NCBI GenBank assembly: GCA_951406725.2 | Contig: OX597825.1 | Location: 56,172,001 to 56,236,000, forward strand | Direction: 5' to 3' | DNA: 64,000 nucleotides | From: Octopus vulgaris | Lineage: Eukaryota | Part shown: one piece after another, positions 1 to 15,257 of the stretch | Numbering within the stretch: position 1 is the first letter of the stretch | How the letters are laid out: the number at the start of each line of letters is the position of its first letter | Translations under genes and position numbers: made by a program | The notes under the pieces: generated by a model | Told to the model about the DNA's origin: nothing | What the model saw: only the letters and a program-made list of their open reading frames with translations | The model's database searches: none

Positions 1-560
1 CTTGATCAACGTGTAATTTTGCGGAAGAAGCTCGTAAAAAAAAAGGCCCTTCTAATCCAAACAGATACAAAACGACAACTTTTTAGGATATTGATTGGCT
101 CTGGGAATAATTAAAGGTGGTGTCACTCCACATTGTTGTAAACAATCCATTTTTCATTACCTATGATCATTCTTTACAAAATGGTTAGTTTTTTTTTGCA
201 TTTGTGCAAGAGATCGCAGATAGAAATGCGATCCATTAAGTTTTTTTTCCTTTAAATTATGACACACGTCAAAATTATTGTGATTCACGTATCCAAAAGT
301 ATTTAGATGCTATGTAAGGCGTATATGAAGTATGCAACGTTATTCTAAAATGTCTCGTGTCAGTTAATCTGAATTATTTCTGATTGGCGTTTCAATTTGG
401 TCATCACCAATGACTCTTGAACTGCATGAACAATCACGGTTTTCCAGGTCAAAACTTTCACTCCTACACCTAGCGAACCATTCATGAACAGTCCTCTAGG
501 TGAGGCGCCAGCTCCACAAACTGTACATAACTTATCTTGATGTTTTTCCTTTCAAGAAAT
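1..560 (-). mobile_element. Degenerate mariner transposase fragment (runs off the window start)
   Basis: The reverse complement of about 130-185 reads RMIIGNEKWIVYNN, matching the mariner first-catalytic-D motif (consensus RIITGDEKWI.Y.N). The frame is disrupted. Confidence 0.7.
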
Positions 561-677
561 AATGATCATCGAATTTCGACAATGTGTCTCATCTTCCTCC
601 ATTTTCACTTTTAATGCAAAAACAAAACAAATATACAATCCACTCAGTAATCGTACAGAAAGACATGTTAAACTATC

Positions 678-717
<40 letters not shown>

Positions 718-1149
718 ATTTGTGTGTATGTGTGTGTGCGTGCATGTGTGTGTGCGTGTGTGTGTGTGGTTTGCTTATGACATTTGTCAAAGAAAACGTT
801 ACCAGTTGGAGAACGGTAGGAACTTTTGTTCAAATCCAACACACACACACACACGCACGCACTCGCACACACACATACGTATGTATATATGTATGGATAA
901 GAAAATACGATTGGGAATATATGCGTATTACAGAATAGAACTCAAAACTTAGTGAACACAGATAAATTGGACTCAAAGCTTATGTATACATATCCTTTTT
1001 TATTATTATATCTCATCGGCAGAAATTACGAAAGTAACTTAAGGGCCGAGCGTTTCTTGCATAGCACTTATCAAAGTATATACATATGTATGTATATATG
1101 TATGTGCTTGTGTGTTTGTGTGTATATACATGCGTATATTTGCACATGC

Positions 1150-1187
<38 letters not shown>

Positions 1188-1207
1188 TCTTATATATATA
1201 TATATAT

Positions 1208-1256
<49 letters not shown>

Positions 1257-1318
1257 TATCTAATATATATATGTTTATATATTCATATCTAAGCATATAT
1301 ATGTTTATAAATATACTC

Positions 1319-1418
<100 letters not shown>

Positions 1419-1936
1419 GCGTGCATACATATATACATACACACACGCATACATAAACATATAGATATACGTATATGTACGCTGATAAACTTTAAACCTA
1501 TAATATATATATATATATATACATATATATGCACACACACACAACAAAGAATTAAGTAAAAAATATAAGATTATCGAAAAGGGCAACAAAAAAAAATGAA
1601 CATGAATTAAAAGAAAAAAAAACCCAAGAGAGGAGGAGACGAGATGATCTTGTTTATTCCATCTGTGTAACAAAATATTTAACGCACACGTTCTTGCAGT
1701 GCTCCCATAGAGGGTATCAATTTGCCGAAACCTACAGCCGGACTTATTAACTCCGTTGAATTGCAATTAGATTTAGTAAACATATAACAGACATCTCGGA
1801 GAAGTTGAGTCGCCACGAAGATTAATTCTTCTTTCTTTGCTCCGGAATCTGACACCTTCCGTCCCTACGTTCCCTCCATTTCATTTTCTCTTTAGATTTT
1901 AGTTTTATTTTATTTATTTATTTATTATTATTATTG

Positions 1937-1988
<52 letters not shown>

Positions 1989-1989
1989 A

Positions 1990-2057
<68 letters not shown>

Positions 2058-3939
2058 CTATTTTGTAAAAAATCTGACTTTACTATAAAGTATATGCATA
2101 GCAGTATATGTATGTACGTGTATATGTATGTACGTGTATATGTATGTACGTGTATATACATACACACATGCATACATACATACATACATACATACATACA
2201 TACATACGTACATACATACATACTCAGACACACATGTATGTTTGTATGTGTATGTGTATGAATATATAAATATATATGTACGTACATATGTAAACATACA
2301 TACATATACACATATACACATATATGTGTAAGTGAGTAGGGATGGTGTTAAAGAATGCTGTATATTTATAAAGATACGATTTATCAATACCCTAATCTTA
2401 AATATCAATGACACGATGGAATTGTTTCTGAAGCGACTTAAACAGCAAATATAATCGTTAAAAAAATATGAAAAAAAAAATATGAACAAGCTGATAACCT
2501 CGACTTCAAATTGATTAAAGATTTCATATTTACATAAAATACAAAATCTCGACAGTGTAAACATAATTATAGTATCGTCTCATGGTGGATACAAAACTAT
2601 GTTAAACCTAAAAATACGCACGTGATCTGTGACCGTCACGTCTTATCTTTTGTAAAAGAACTTTTTTTTTAATTCACCTCATAACCCGCTGTGTTGTTAA
2701 GACAGTGCCTTTGTCCCTTCAATACGGGCCTTTCTATTCTAAGTATTCGAAGCTAGTTCTCTTCTCTGATATCACCCTCCAAACTTTGAGGGTCCTGAAA
2801 AGGGTAATGTGGGTGGACATGTTTTTTCTTTTGGTCATTTAGTGAAGAATGAAGTCAGTACCCATGATCTTTAAGGAAGGAGGAATGTATCCACAACCTG
2901 GAGGCCTGATCCGAAAGGGTGCACCAAAGTAACTCAAGGTGCCTGGAATTGGTATTATACTAGGCATCGTTTTAAGTTTACCACCCGTGTAGGCCAGAGC
3001 GGGATTTAGACTAAGAATCCAACAAAGCTGAAACAAATACTGAAAGGCGTTCTGCCTAACGTTATTACGTTTCCACCAATCCATCTCGCCCGATTCGTAC
3101 CTTTTTATGGGCCTCGAAAGGAATTAAAACTGAAGTTGACCTCGGTGGAATAGAGTACAGATTCAGAATAATTACTGCAAGGTATTCTCCACCAATTCGT
3201 CTCCTACCACTCATCCTTTGACTAAATCGCAAGAACAAAAAAAAGAAAACATATTTCCATCACTGGGTGATCATTGTACCTGTTTACAGCTAATTGGCCT
3301 GCACTATTAAAGGTAACCTATCTTTTCACAGACTACAAGTCCGCAGTTTGTTTTAGGGTGGATTCATTTGACAAGTAGATCGACCCGTGACTGGCGCATT
3401 TACTGTTGACTCAGGACAAAGAAGAAGTAGAGGCGACATCAGTGAGATTTGAACGCAAGGCACAAGGGTTGTAAGTAAATGCTAAAAGGTTTTTATTCCT
3501 ACTTTTTATCGCATCTGTTATTCCACTTGAGAGTTGCCTACGTCTATGCAGTCACACAAAACGTTATAAATGAATAATAGAAAAGCTCCTTCAAATTATC
3601 CTTTATCTGTTTAGTTATAATATTTTTTCAGTTGCGAGAACAGCTGCAATCAACTGCTGCAACACATACCGGGGAAAGTAGGGTTTTTCTAATGGAGAGT
3701 TTATGTTATAGCCGTTGGGTTTCTATTTCATCTACAAAGCAGAAAGTGTATGGTAGTCCATAACACTGGTCTGTCGGTGTATGTACAACCATGAGTCGGC
3801 GAACTAGCAGTTTTAAGGGTGAAGCTAAGTCGATTATATCGACCCTAGTGCTCAACTGGTACTCATTTTATCGATCTTGAAATTATGAAAGGCAAATAGC
3901 CCTCGGCGAAATTTGAAATCAGAACGTGAAGACGGAGGA

Positions 3940-3984
<45 letters not shown>

Positions 3985-4352
3985 CCTATCTACTAAAGGC
4001 ACAAGGCCTGAAATTTTGGGAAAGGAAACTAACCGATTACTTCAACCCCAGTGCGTAACCCCAAATGATAAAAGGCAAAGTCGACATCGGTGGAATTTGA
4101 AACCAGAATGTAAAGAAGGACGAAATAATAATAATGATCATTTATAATATAGGCACAAAGCCTGAAATATGTGCGGAGGGGAATAGTCGATCAGATCGAC
4201 ACAAGTACTTAACTGGTACTTAATTCATCGACTCCGAAAGGATGAAAGGCAAAGTCGACCGCGGCAACATTTGAACTCGGAACACAAACACAGACGACAT
4301 GCCGCTAGGCATTTGGCCCGGTGCTCTCATCGCGTCATTAATAATAATAATG

Positions 4353-4416
<64 letters not shown>

Positions 4417-4427
4417 TGATAATGATA

Positions 4428-4463
<36 letters not shown>

Positions 4464-4896
4464 CAGTAGCAACGGCGGGATCAAACGTTCGAACCAATCC
4501 AAAAACTGTAGTTTCGGTAAGGATGTGATAAGCTATGAGAAGCCTCTGAATAGTGTAGCTATTGGCTATTGAAGAATCTTTCTTGTTGCAAATTGTTCTG
4601 TCGAAGCATTAAAACTGAGAATGGCATTCGGCCAGTGAATGCAGTAGCTATATTGGCATCACTGGCAACAAGATAACAGTGGCATTAGGCCAGACAGGCA
4701 AATGTACTCGAGTGTGTAACCCTAAATGTAATACCGTTCCACAAGGAATCTATAATTTATAACAGTGCTTTTGTACTTCGATTTCTACATATCTGATTGA
4801 CTCTCTGTGATGTTTCGATAAACTACACTGGAATTAAATGCTTCTGTTTCATTTTATTTTTATTGTATTTAGTTATATTATTATTTTATTTCGTTA

Positions 4897-4968
<72 letters not shown>

Positions 4969-5137
4969 GCTATATTTTCTTCTTTAAATATATTTTAAAT
5001 GCATTCGAGTATCGGTACCGAAATTATCTGCTGTATTATCTCTCTTTCCCACTCTCTCTCTCCTTCTCTCTTTGTCTCCCACTGTATCTATCTCTCTCTT
5101 TCTCAATCTATCTACTATTTATCCATCTATCTGCTTG

Positions 5138-5169
<32 letters not shown>

Positions 5170-5403
5170 TCATTTCTGTCTTTCTCACCCCACTCTCTCT
5201 CTATCTATCTCCCTGTATCTATCTCTCTAGCTATCTGTCTATCTATATATCTATCTATCTCACTTTCTCTCACTCACTAATACATCTATTGATCTTCTAT
5301 GTGTGTGCACGTATATATTTTGATCTGTAATTCTGTTTGGATTTATCAGCATCACTTTCTATCTTTCTCTCTCTCTCTCTTTCTCTCTCCCCTTCTCTCT
5401 CTT

Positions 5404-5437
<34 letters not shown>

Positions 5438-5478
5438 GCTCTCAATTTATCTATCTATTTATTTATCTATCTATCTAT

Positions 5479-5511
<33 letters not shown>

Positions 5512-5603
5512 CATATATAGATACATGAATATATACATATACATGTATATATGCATATATATATGTGTGTGTTTATATATTTATATATACATATACATGT
5601 ATA

Positions 5604-5649
<46 letters not shown>

Positions 5650-5753
5650 TACACACATTGCAGTCAATAGGTATACATACATACACACGTATACAATATA
5701 TATCTGTCTATAAAATCTATTTGTCCCTCTCTCTCTACATTCATACATACATA

Positions 5754-6996
5754 CGAGGGTAGACTGAAAAGTGCATGGGCTGACTATGAAGGAGAGATGC
5801 TAGAGCTGTGAAATGTTTATGCATAAATTTCAGTCTTTCTTATTAATAATAGCATTGTTTCTTTTGAAATAGACTGAAATTTGATTGTTCGAAGAAGACT
5901 TCAAAAGCAAGAAATTTCTCTTGGAAATGGACAAAATTTGCCGATATGGTGTTATTAATTATTAATACCTGCAGAAAAGGCTTTAGCGCTCCAAGGACAT
6001 GCATGCTTATATGGTTGCTGAATTGGGGAGTGATGCTTTAGCTATATCAATAGTAGGCAGCTAAGTTTAGGTGAGGAAGGGAGAGTCTTGAAAATGACAC
6101 ATAGTCTGGACGTTCTGTAACTGCCTCAATACAGGAAAACATTGATCCCCACATGATGATGTATGACAGGCGATTGACCCATAAATGAAATAGCCAAAGA
6201 GATTAACATATCCCATGAGAGAATTGAGAGTATTCTGCACAATGAACCTGGCATGACGAAGGTTTCTGCTCAGTGGGTGCCTTATATTCTGACACATGAT
6301 CAAAAGTGTACGAGGCTGATCACGTCTGGGGCAAATCTAACATTGTTTGAGGCAGATCCACCTGGTTTCCTGGAACGTTTCCTAACTCCGGATCAGTGTT
6401 GACTTCATGAATTTGAGCCAGAGGCAAAGAGAGAATGTATGCAGTGAAAACACCCCTCGTGACTGGTTTCAAAGAAGGCCATGGTCGTTTCATCTGCAGG
6501 GAATTTGATGGTCCCAGGTTTTGAGGGATGCAAAGGTCATTTTGTTTATTGACTGTTTTCAAACGGGCTACAACATAAACTGTCGAAGCAGTTACGAAAA
6601 CTATGACGACCAAATACTCAGGAAAATTGACGTAAAAGTTCTTGTTTAATCTGGACAATGCGCCAGAATGTAGGTCCTAGGTTTCAATGGTTGCAGTGTG
6701 TAACAGTGGATTTGAACCGGTTGATCACTTATTCTCTTGATTAAGCTCCTTCTGACTATGCTCTGTTCCCCAACATCTTAGTTGGGAACCAGTATCACAG
6801 TGATGATGACTTTTTTTTGACCAACTGGATGGAAGCTTGGGATCCAATCACCAATCACCAATGGGATCAAAGTAACGCAACTCCGAAGGAAGAAGGGTGT
6901 AGACTGCAAAGGAGGTGATGTTGAAAAATAAACCGCGTTTGATCACATTCCATGACAGTATGTTGGTCAGACTATGAACTTTTCAGTCGACACTCG
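5754..6996 (+). mobile_element. Full-length defective mariner DNA transposon (about 1.24 kb)
   Basis: Imperfect TIRs: CGAGGGTAGACTGAAAAGTGCATGGGCTGAC on the left and the reverse complement of GTCAGACTATGAACTTTTCAGTCGACACTCG on the right. TA lies on both sides. Internal remnants read QWVPYILT (WVPHEL motif, about 6270) and YSLD*APSDY (YSPDLAPSD motif, about 6730). Many stops and frameshifts. Confidence 0.9.
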
Positions 6997-7396
6997 TACA
7001 TATATTCGTCCCAGCCGATGCTTTACTCCGAGTTTGAAGTGATCAGCATAGAATAAAAGGATAAGGTCTTCTACATGTATACAATAGAAAAGCGAACCTG
7101 ACATCACAGGTTCTTACAAATGACTGTTTTGGACGGGTACGCGTACATGCGGGTTGTGCTAGTCGATGGTTGTTACTGGTTTTTTGTACCTCGGTCCAGT
7201 TTTCTTTTATTTCTTCCCTTTAGTCAGTGGTCTACGATGGGGCGTGGAGTAGCGGCAAGAATATTCTGCTCATACTCTCAGTGTCTCGAAATCGAATTCT
7301 GAACCGGACAACACATTGTGTGCTTGGGCAAAGCACTTCATTTCACGTTCCTCCACTCTAGTCAATTGAAAATGAATACCAGCAGTGTACCGGTAC

Positions 7397-7461
<65 letters not shown>

Positions 7462-7599
7462 AACAACTATCACATCCTTGATGTGCCGCTTGAACAAAGG
7501 GTGAAATGGCTGAAATAGGGTCTATGCCTGTCCACGACTACACTAAAGCAATTATTGAAGATCTACTTAATATTACGAGACTATACATGTTTGTGGATG

Positions 7600-7870
7600 A
7601 CGACTGACTCATTCAATCAATGTGTTTATGCAAATTTTGTATCATTGAAAATGGTTAAGTCCTAGTTTTTGTGTCATTCGATACCGTTGAACTCTAATTT
7701 TTATACCACTGGACACAATTGAGCTCTACTCTTGTAACACTGGATATGGCTGAGTCTTAGTTTTTCTATTATTCAATATGGTTGAGCCTACATTTTTGGT
7801 CATTAGATACGGTTGAGCTATAGTTTCTGTATCATTAAATACGCTTGAGTCCAAATGTATGTAATGCTTT
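7600..7870. repeat. Degenerate tandem repeat with a unit of about 30 bp
   Basis: Recurring CATTGGATA(C/T)GGTTGAG(T)CTA..TTTTTGT-like units. Confidence 0.7.
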
Positions 7871-8525
7871 TGGAAAATTGGCATGGTACATAAGCTGGTG
7901 CCTTTTTCTCTATATTCGACCTCTCCGTCCTCGACATCATTGTATTAATATTACGATGATACAGCTGACTGAATCTCCACAGTAAATTTGACACTACTCT
8001 CAGCACAGAGTGAAACTATCGGTAAATACTCAGTAGCCATTCTGGCAAATGCTTTTAAATTATTGTTTCAGATTTAGTGACGAAGCCAGCAAATTTGATG
8101 GGTGGCGAAGTATCAATAGATTACATCGACCCCAGTGCGCAAACGATACTTACTTCATCGATCCTGAAAGGATGCAAACCCGACTTAAGCGAAATGTATT
8201 TTCTCAGAACACAGAGGCTGAAGAAATACCGCTAAGGGTTTTGTCCGACGTGCTAACGATATTTTCCAGTTCGCCTCCTAAACACGCTTCAAAGTAATAA
8301 CATTAATGCACACACATACATACACACATACACACCCATACAACATACATATACGGCAGGCTTCTTTCAGGTTCTGTCTGCCAAATCCATATCCATTCAA
8401 AAGCTTTGGAGAGCCCGAAGTTATAGAAGACATTTTCCGAAAGTGCCATGCAATGGGACTGAGCCTGGAAATATGTTTCGAAGCAAACTTTTTAGCACAC
8501 ACCTACACGTGCACCTACATATATA

Positions 8526-9715
8526 TTCGGTAATCCCGTAAATAATGCAGTTTTTTTATACTTCTTTTATTTTTCAAAATTAAGATAAAAAAGTCATTTT
8601 TTAGTCTAAAATATATTCTCCTTCATTTTCCACAATGCTCTTTCATTTATGTAGTAGACTTGCAAGTCCCATATTCCAGAATTCATTTGTCCTAGACGAA
8701 AAATACTCCTCCAATACTTTTCTGAGTTCGTCTACAGAATTCATATATTTTCCATCCAAATGATTTTGAAGCCTGCTGAATAAATGATAATCAGATGAAG
8801 CAATGTCCGGTGAATAAGGTGGACGGGGCATGGTTTCCCATTTAAACTGCTCTAGCCTTTTGAATGTCATCCTCGCCGTGTTTGGTCGAGCATTATCCTG
8901 ATGGAAGAATACATCTCGTCTTGAAACCAAAGATGCTCGTTTATCTTCTAGTGCTGGATTAACCCGCTGAAGCTGCTCGCAGTAGATCTCCTTTGTTATC
9001 GTTTGGTTTAGATTTAAAAGTTCAAAGCAGACTGAACCCACTAAAGAGATAACAACACCTTAGGTAAAGACCTTCTTTAGCCTGGTGTGCCGGTGTTTCT
9101 CCTTTTCCTACTCACTGTCTTCGGCGGTTGACATTTTTGTAGAGGACCCATTTCTCGTCACCAGTCACTATTCGGTCCAAAAAAGGTTCATTCGTGAGAC
9201 GTGACAGCAGAGAAGACTCTGCGAGCGATTAGACTCGGAAAGTTTGTGAGGAACCCACAGATATCGATGACTGGTTGAATGACCAAATCCAAGCGTCTGT
9301 GCTAGTTACTCAACAGTTACGATGAGATTTTGTTCCACTAGGGTTTGCAGAAGTTCAGCATCGAGCTCCACAGATCTTCCAGGATGAGGCTCGGCTTCCG
9401 GCTCTGAATTTCTTGAACCACCGTTGACACCGTCTTATCCTTATTGTCCAATACCCATAAACTACATTGATATTCCTCGCACTTTCCGCTACCCAGTTGC
9501 CTTTGTTGAAGAAATATACCGAATATGCTCCTTTGTCACTTACATTGAAAAAAACATGTTAAAATCGAACTGCAGCATTCAAAACTTCCACTAAGATTAA
9601 AGACAAGATAAAATTACTGCCTGCTTTTATTGCAAGTTGATGCAGGTAGCTTATCCCGTCCCCTTCCGACTTTTTGTTCATACAATTGAAAAAACCGCAT
9701 TATTTATGGGATGAC

Positions 9716-9719
<4 letters not shown>
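8526..9719 (-). mobile_element. Full-length defective mariner DNA transposon (about 1.19 kb)
   Basis: TIRs TTCGGTAATCCCGTAAATAATGCAGTTTTTT and AAAAAACCGCATTATTTATGGGATGACCCAA, flanked by TA. ORF 8643-9041 encodes FHQDNARP...PPYSPDIASSDYHLF, a DD34D mariner catalytic C-terminus. Confidence 0.95.
8643..9041 (-). pseudogene. Mariner transposase C-terminal open segment
   Basis: HQDNARPN and YSPDIASSDYHLF motifs. The upstream part is interrupted; FLDRIVTGDEKWV is visible at about 9145-9185 on the minus strand. Confidence 0.9.
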
Positions 9720-9791
<72 letters not shown>

Positions 9792-10159
9792 AAATGGATC
9801 CGTTGGTTTTTGACTATGACAACTGTTCTGTCAACTTAACTAAAGAATCAGCAAATTAGAGTTTAACAGGCTAAGTATCCCACAGGCACGGTTAACTTGA
9901 AGGCTCAACCATTCTGATACCGTGTAATTACAGTTACATCAAACGGACAGCTTCTACATAGTTTTCGTGTACCCAATTTTCCACACGAGACACCAATCAA
10001 CTATAGTTTATGGTAAAAGCCACATAAAATATCACATGGCCACGGAGTAGAATCGAACCCTTGATCTCCTAATCCTGAAGTAAACTTCATGACTACTCGG
10101 TTGCATGTGTGTGTATGTTGCGTGAGAAGAGAAAGAGACAGGGAGAGAAAGAGAGATAA

Positions 10160-10190
<31 letters not shown>

Positions 10191-10448
10191 GAGTGGTTAT
10201 CAGCCATAAGATTAAAGCGATCATATTTGTTGTTTGTTATATATTTTTTGATTTTGCTTTATTATTGTTTTCTTCTCTGTTTTGAATAATTACACACAGG
10301 AATACGGTCAAACAAACAAACGAACGAACAAACGGCATATATAAAAGCATAAATATATATACGCGTACATAGACATATGCATGTATATATACACATATGT
10401 ATGTATGCATACATACATGCATAAATATGTGTATATATCTGTGATTTA

Positions 10449-10497
<49 letters not shown>

Positions 10498-10881
10498 CAT
10501 CTACATATCTATGAGTGTGTCTATGTATGAGTTGGTGTTATACATACCTAAATTCATAATTAAAGCTAACATTTCATTCTACTTCTATTTTCCAACTGAA
10601 TCATCATTTGTTTAAATCACCGTTTCACACACACACTCTCTCTTTCCCTTCCTTGTCTTTTCTCCATACCTACTCTTTCTCTCTCAATAACTTTGTCCTA
10701 CTCCGTGCTTCGCTACCTCACATTGTTTCTCACACACATATGTACACACACACATACATAAATACACACAGATACGTACATACGTGCATATATATACACA
10801 TACTCACATACACTTGTGTACACACACATGCATATATGTATATACACATATGTATGTGTATGCATCTACGTATGTATATAC

Positions 10882-10926
<45 letters not shown>

Positions 10927-10981
10927 TATATATATATATATGTACATATATATATATATAGACACACACATCGCTGCCCCC

Positions 10982-11013
<32 letters not shown>

Positions 11014-13170
11014 GTCACTCTCTTTCTTCATACCCTCACTCCACACCTTCCCTTACACTCCCCCCAACGTTCTCACTCCTGCTTAAATCCTGAAAAGATG
11101 CCATGATTGATGATTGCCGGACGCAGTAATTTTTTTTTTATCCAAACACAACAACACAAAAACATAACAAATTCAACAAAATACACGAACACAATAGAAA
11201 CACAACAAAATAGAACACAAATCTGACAGATAAATCTATATACTAATTAAATACAGACTCATGCTCAATTCTATAGCGAGGCACTTTGAGAATGTGTCTT
11301 TTACCGAAGTCTTAGGTCGACCAAGATCTTGTAAGTGAAATTTTGTAAATAGAAACCGTGTATGTGCCTGTTGTAGGGACTGGTTCTGTTCTTTAACAGT
11401 TAAATTCATTTATAACTTGGTTTAATATTACCGTTTGGCCCTTGTTACGTTCAGCGAAGTTCATTTCGTATCCCCTGTCTTGGGATAAATAACTTTCCTC
11501 AGTATCAGATAGTTTTACAACACGTCATGAGTTCTGCTCTTCCATGTTTTTTGCTTTGTTTTGTTTTGTTTTGTTTTTGTTTTCTTTCTTGCAATAAGGA
11601 AATTTTTAATGTATACAATTTTGTATGATTGGTAGTTCAGCTTATGTAATACCCGAACGTGGCAGCATCACTATTTCCTAACATCTGTGTGGTTTATTGT
11701 AAATATTTGTGTACTGAGGGTGCCGCGGTACTCCGTCCCTGAATAAAATAGTTAATGTCCCATCAAACGTGGAAATAACTCTGCAGATATTTCGGTTCCT
11801 TCCGCCGCGATGCCAGTGCTGCTCGAGGTTACCCATCGATGTATGCAACACAGCTTCTACGCAACAACACAACTATGTTGAATCACAGTTTCTGCCTTCT
11901 TCAATGCTCATAATTTCGGATTCTACTCAAAGCTTCGGATAATATTTACAAATATCTATAACTTTATCTAAACTATATCTCTACCGATAATGATTCATAG
12001 TAAAAGTAGGATTTTTTAAAAATTTCAGTTGCTTTATTCTTTAACCCCAGGTGAGCCCTTAAATGATTAAAGGTGTTCGGGCCTTTTCAAAAGAAACTTT
12101 TTTGTGTATCTAGAAAGCCACTGTCTAATGTGTGTTTATAAAAGAGTAAATTTTAATTCGAAGAAAATTAGTTGCCTTTTGAGCAAACCGATCATTATTA
12201 GGTGGAACTTTTTCTATCTTTCCTTACCTTTTTTCCTTTTTTTCATTAGGCATAGAAATAATTAAATATCAGAATTGGAGAGGACGTGTGCTTATTTCCA
12301 GGTAGCTTTCGGACCGCAAATTCATGTCGCAACATCCGCGGTCTCTTTTCCGGACATATTCGTCATTGCACCTGAACAAGTAGTGTACTCCACATTTTAT
12401 TAATGCTCCCTTCGTCCATTAGTGGGAATCGTATAAAATACTACAATCGCTTTAATATTATTACCGTGCCAGTAACCTGTACTGAAGCTGTGGCTTCTTT
12501 AACAGAACTGTAGATGGTACCATTTGTGACTTCTTGGAGGAAACACACAAACACACACGCATACATACACACATATCTATGTATATGTGTGTATATATGT
12601 ATGTATGTATATATATATATGTATATATATATGCACACACATACATGTGTATAAATACATACATTTGCATATGTATACATGAACACACACATACATACAC
12701 ATATACATACATATATATGTATGTGTGATTGAGAAAGCAAATTCTAAACACCAGTTAAAACAAGAACTGAGTTATGCTGTGACATTATATGTGAGACTGC
12801 AAAAATAAATCATTCTCTTAATAGAGTCTCTTTATTACCTGATTATAAAGAAGCGACCGGAAATCAATTGGCTGTCACTGTTTTCAAACATATATCTAAT
12901 ATATCATTGGGCTCAATAAAGCAAATACTTAATTAATTGTAGAATTAAACAGTGATTGTTTAAAGAAGAAATTTCCATGAATTAAATGTAAAAAAATAGA
13001 TTTTCAATTCATTGTGATGTAGACAATCAAATTATACATATATAAAAAAGAGAATTGCAAAAACAGTGTTTGTTTTGGTTTCGTTTCTTTCCTATAAAAA
13101 ATTGACATATTTAGAATTCTGATTGTGTTTATATGCATATATGCATGAAGTATGAAGTATAGATAGATTG

Positions 13171-13223
<53 letters not shown>

Positions 13224-13451
13224 CAGACAAACGGAGACAAACAGAGACAGACAAAGAGGACAGAGATAGATACATAGATACATACATGCATACATACCTA
13301 CCTACCTACCTACATACATACATACATACATACATACATACATACTTACATATAGATTCACATATATATGTTTTGGCTTGGTTTCTACCACTGGATGTCC
13401 TTCCTATCGCCGACCAGTTTACAGTGTGTTCTGAGTGCTATTTTAGGGCCA

Positions 13452-13507
<56 letters not shown>

Positions 13508-13781
13508 TATCATAACCTCGATAAATCCCGAAGACAAACTAAAAATCGCCACAGCACCAGCCATCGAGAATGCCAGATGCATTTTGAACTTTTGGGGCTC
13601 TTTTCAATGATGTGTAGTAGTGTCCAACCACATGCTTGGACAAAAATCCATTGCTTTTCATAAAGAAAATAATGAATAAAGCAATCACTGATGTTGCGAA
13701 CAGCTTCCCTGCTGAATAAATATTTGGTTGAAGCAATTGAGGCAACAGCAAATTAAAATGACCCTTTATGTATCTTATTTA

Positions 13782-13813
<32 letters not shown>

Positions 13814-14264
13814 TGTTAATAGGCCAGTTACTCCGGTATTCGTCGAGAGGTAACATCTCTTGTGGCCAATCTACATATGATAGGTATACAAAAAGCCGTC
13901 TCCTCAGAAGCAGCTAGCAAGAAGGCGAAGAATTCTCTTGTAATGATGTGGTAGATTACTAATGCATGTCACTGAAACATCCACCAAAAGCCGAAATTCG
14001 TGGGACCCTATTCAATTATCAATATGTATCCGTAATATTTTTAAACTAGACCAGTCGCATTATATATATATACATACATACATACATACACACACATATA
14101 TAGTATAATACATATATGTATATATAGCACAAGATGAACAGGCTTACTCGCTAAAGATTTAATCCTCGGACACAAGCTAATGCCGGCGATGACAATACTA
14201 TAATATAACGTAATAAAATATGATATAATAAAATATAACATAATGTAATTAATATATATATATA

Positions 14265-15014
14265 GGGAGAGTTTACGAAAAAAAACAAAAGACGAAGATA
14301 GGTGGTGTACAAAACAAACAGATGGATTAGTATAATGCTCAGGAATAGAAAAGTATTTTACGTTTCGAACCTCAGCTCTTCTATAGAAAGGAATAGAGAA
14401 AGAAAAAAAAAACAGGGAGAGAAACACGGAGAGAAAAAAAATGAGAGAAAAAAATGAGAGAAACAAGGAGAGAAAAAAATGTGTGGAGTGGCTAACGATT
14501 TATCATGGCGACTCGACACGCGGAGTAGATAAAGCGGGACAACTGATGAAGGAATTGTTCGTTATGTTGTCTTTCTCGTTTCTCTATTTGTTTCTTTCGT
14601 TGTTCGAAATATGTTCGTTTTCCATGTTTTTGTTTTTTATGTTCTCGTATTTCATTTTGTTCACATTTTTTAGTCGTCCTGTACCTATATATGCATGTAT
14701 ATATACATATATATGTAGGTATATATATATATACGTATTTATTATATATGTAGGTATAAATATGTTGGTTTGTCAGGACGCCATGATAGATCGTTAGCTC
14801 CTACACGCATTTTTTACTCTCCTTTTTTCTCTCCTTGTTTCTCTCCTTTTTTTCTCTCCTTTTTTTTCTCTCTGTGTTTCTCTCCTTGTTTTTTTCTGTG
14901 TATCTTTCTGTCGAAGAGCGTAGGCTTGAAACGTATAAGAGCGCCATACTAATACATTTGTTTGTTTGTACTCCACCTGCCCTCGTCTTTTGTTTATTTC
15001 CGTAAACCTTTCTG
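14265..15014. mobile_element. Palindromic non-autonomous element flanked by (TA)n, with an HHR-like motif in each arm
   Basis: Arm 14265-14520 is the imperfect reverse complement of 14770-15014. A single arm of the same family lies at 48690-48905, and a piece of its interior at about 24855-24965. Confidence 0.75.
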
Positions 15015-15074
<60 letters not shown>

Positions 15075-15095
15075 ATGTATATATGTAGGTATATA

Positions 15096-15201
<106 letters not shown>

Positions 15202-15226
15202 CATAGCTATGTATGTACATACGTAC

Positions 15227-15257
<31 letters not shown>

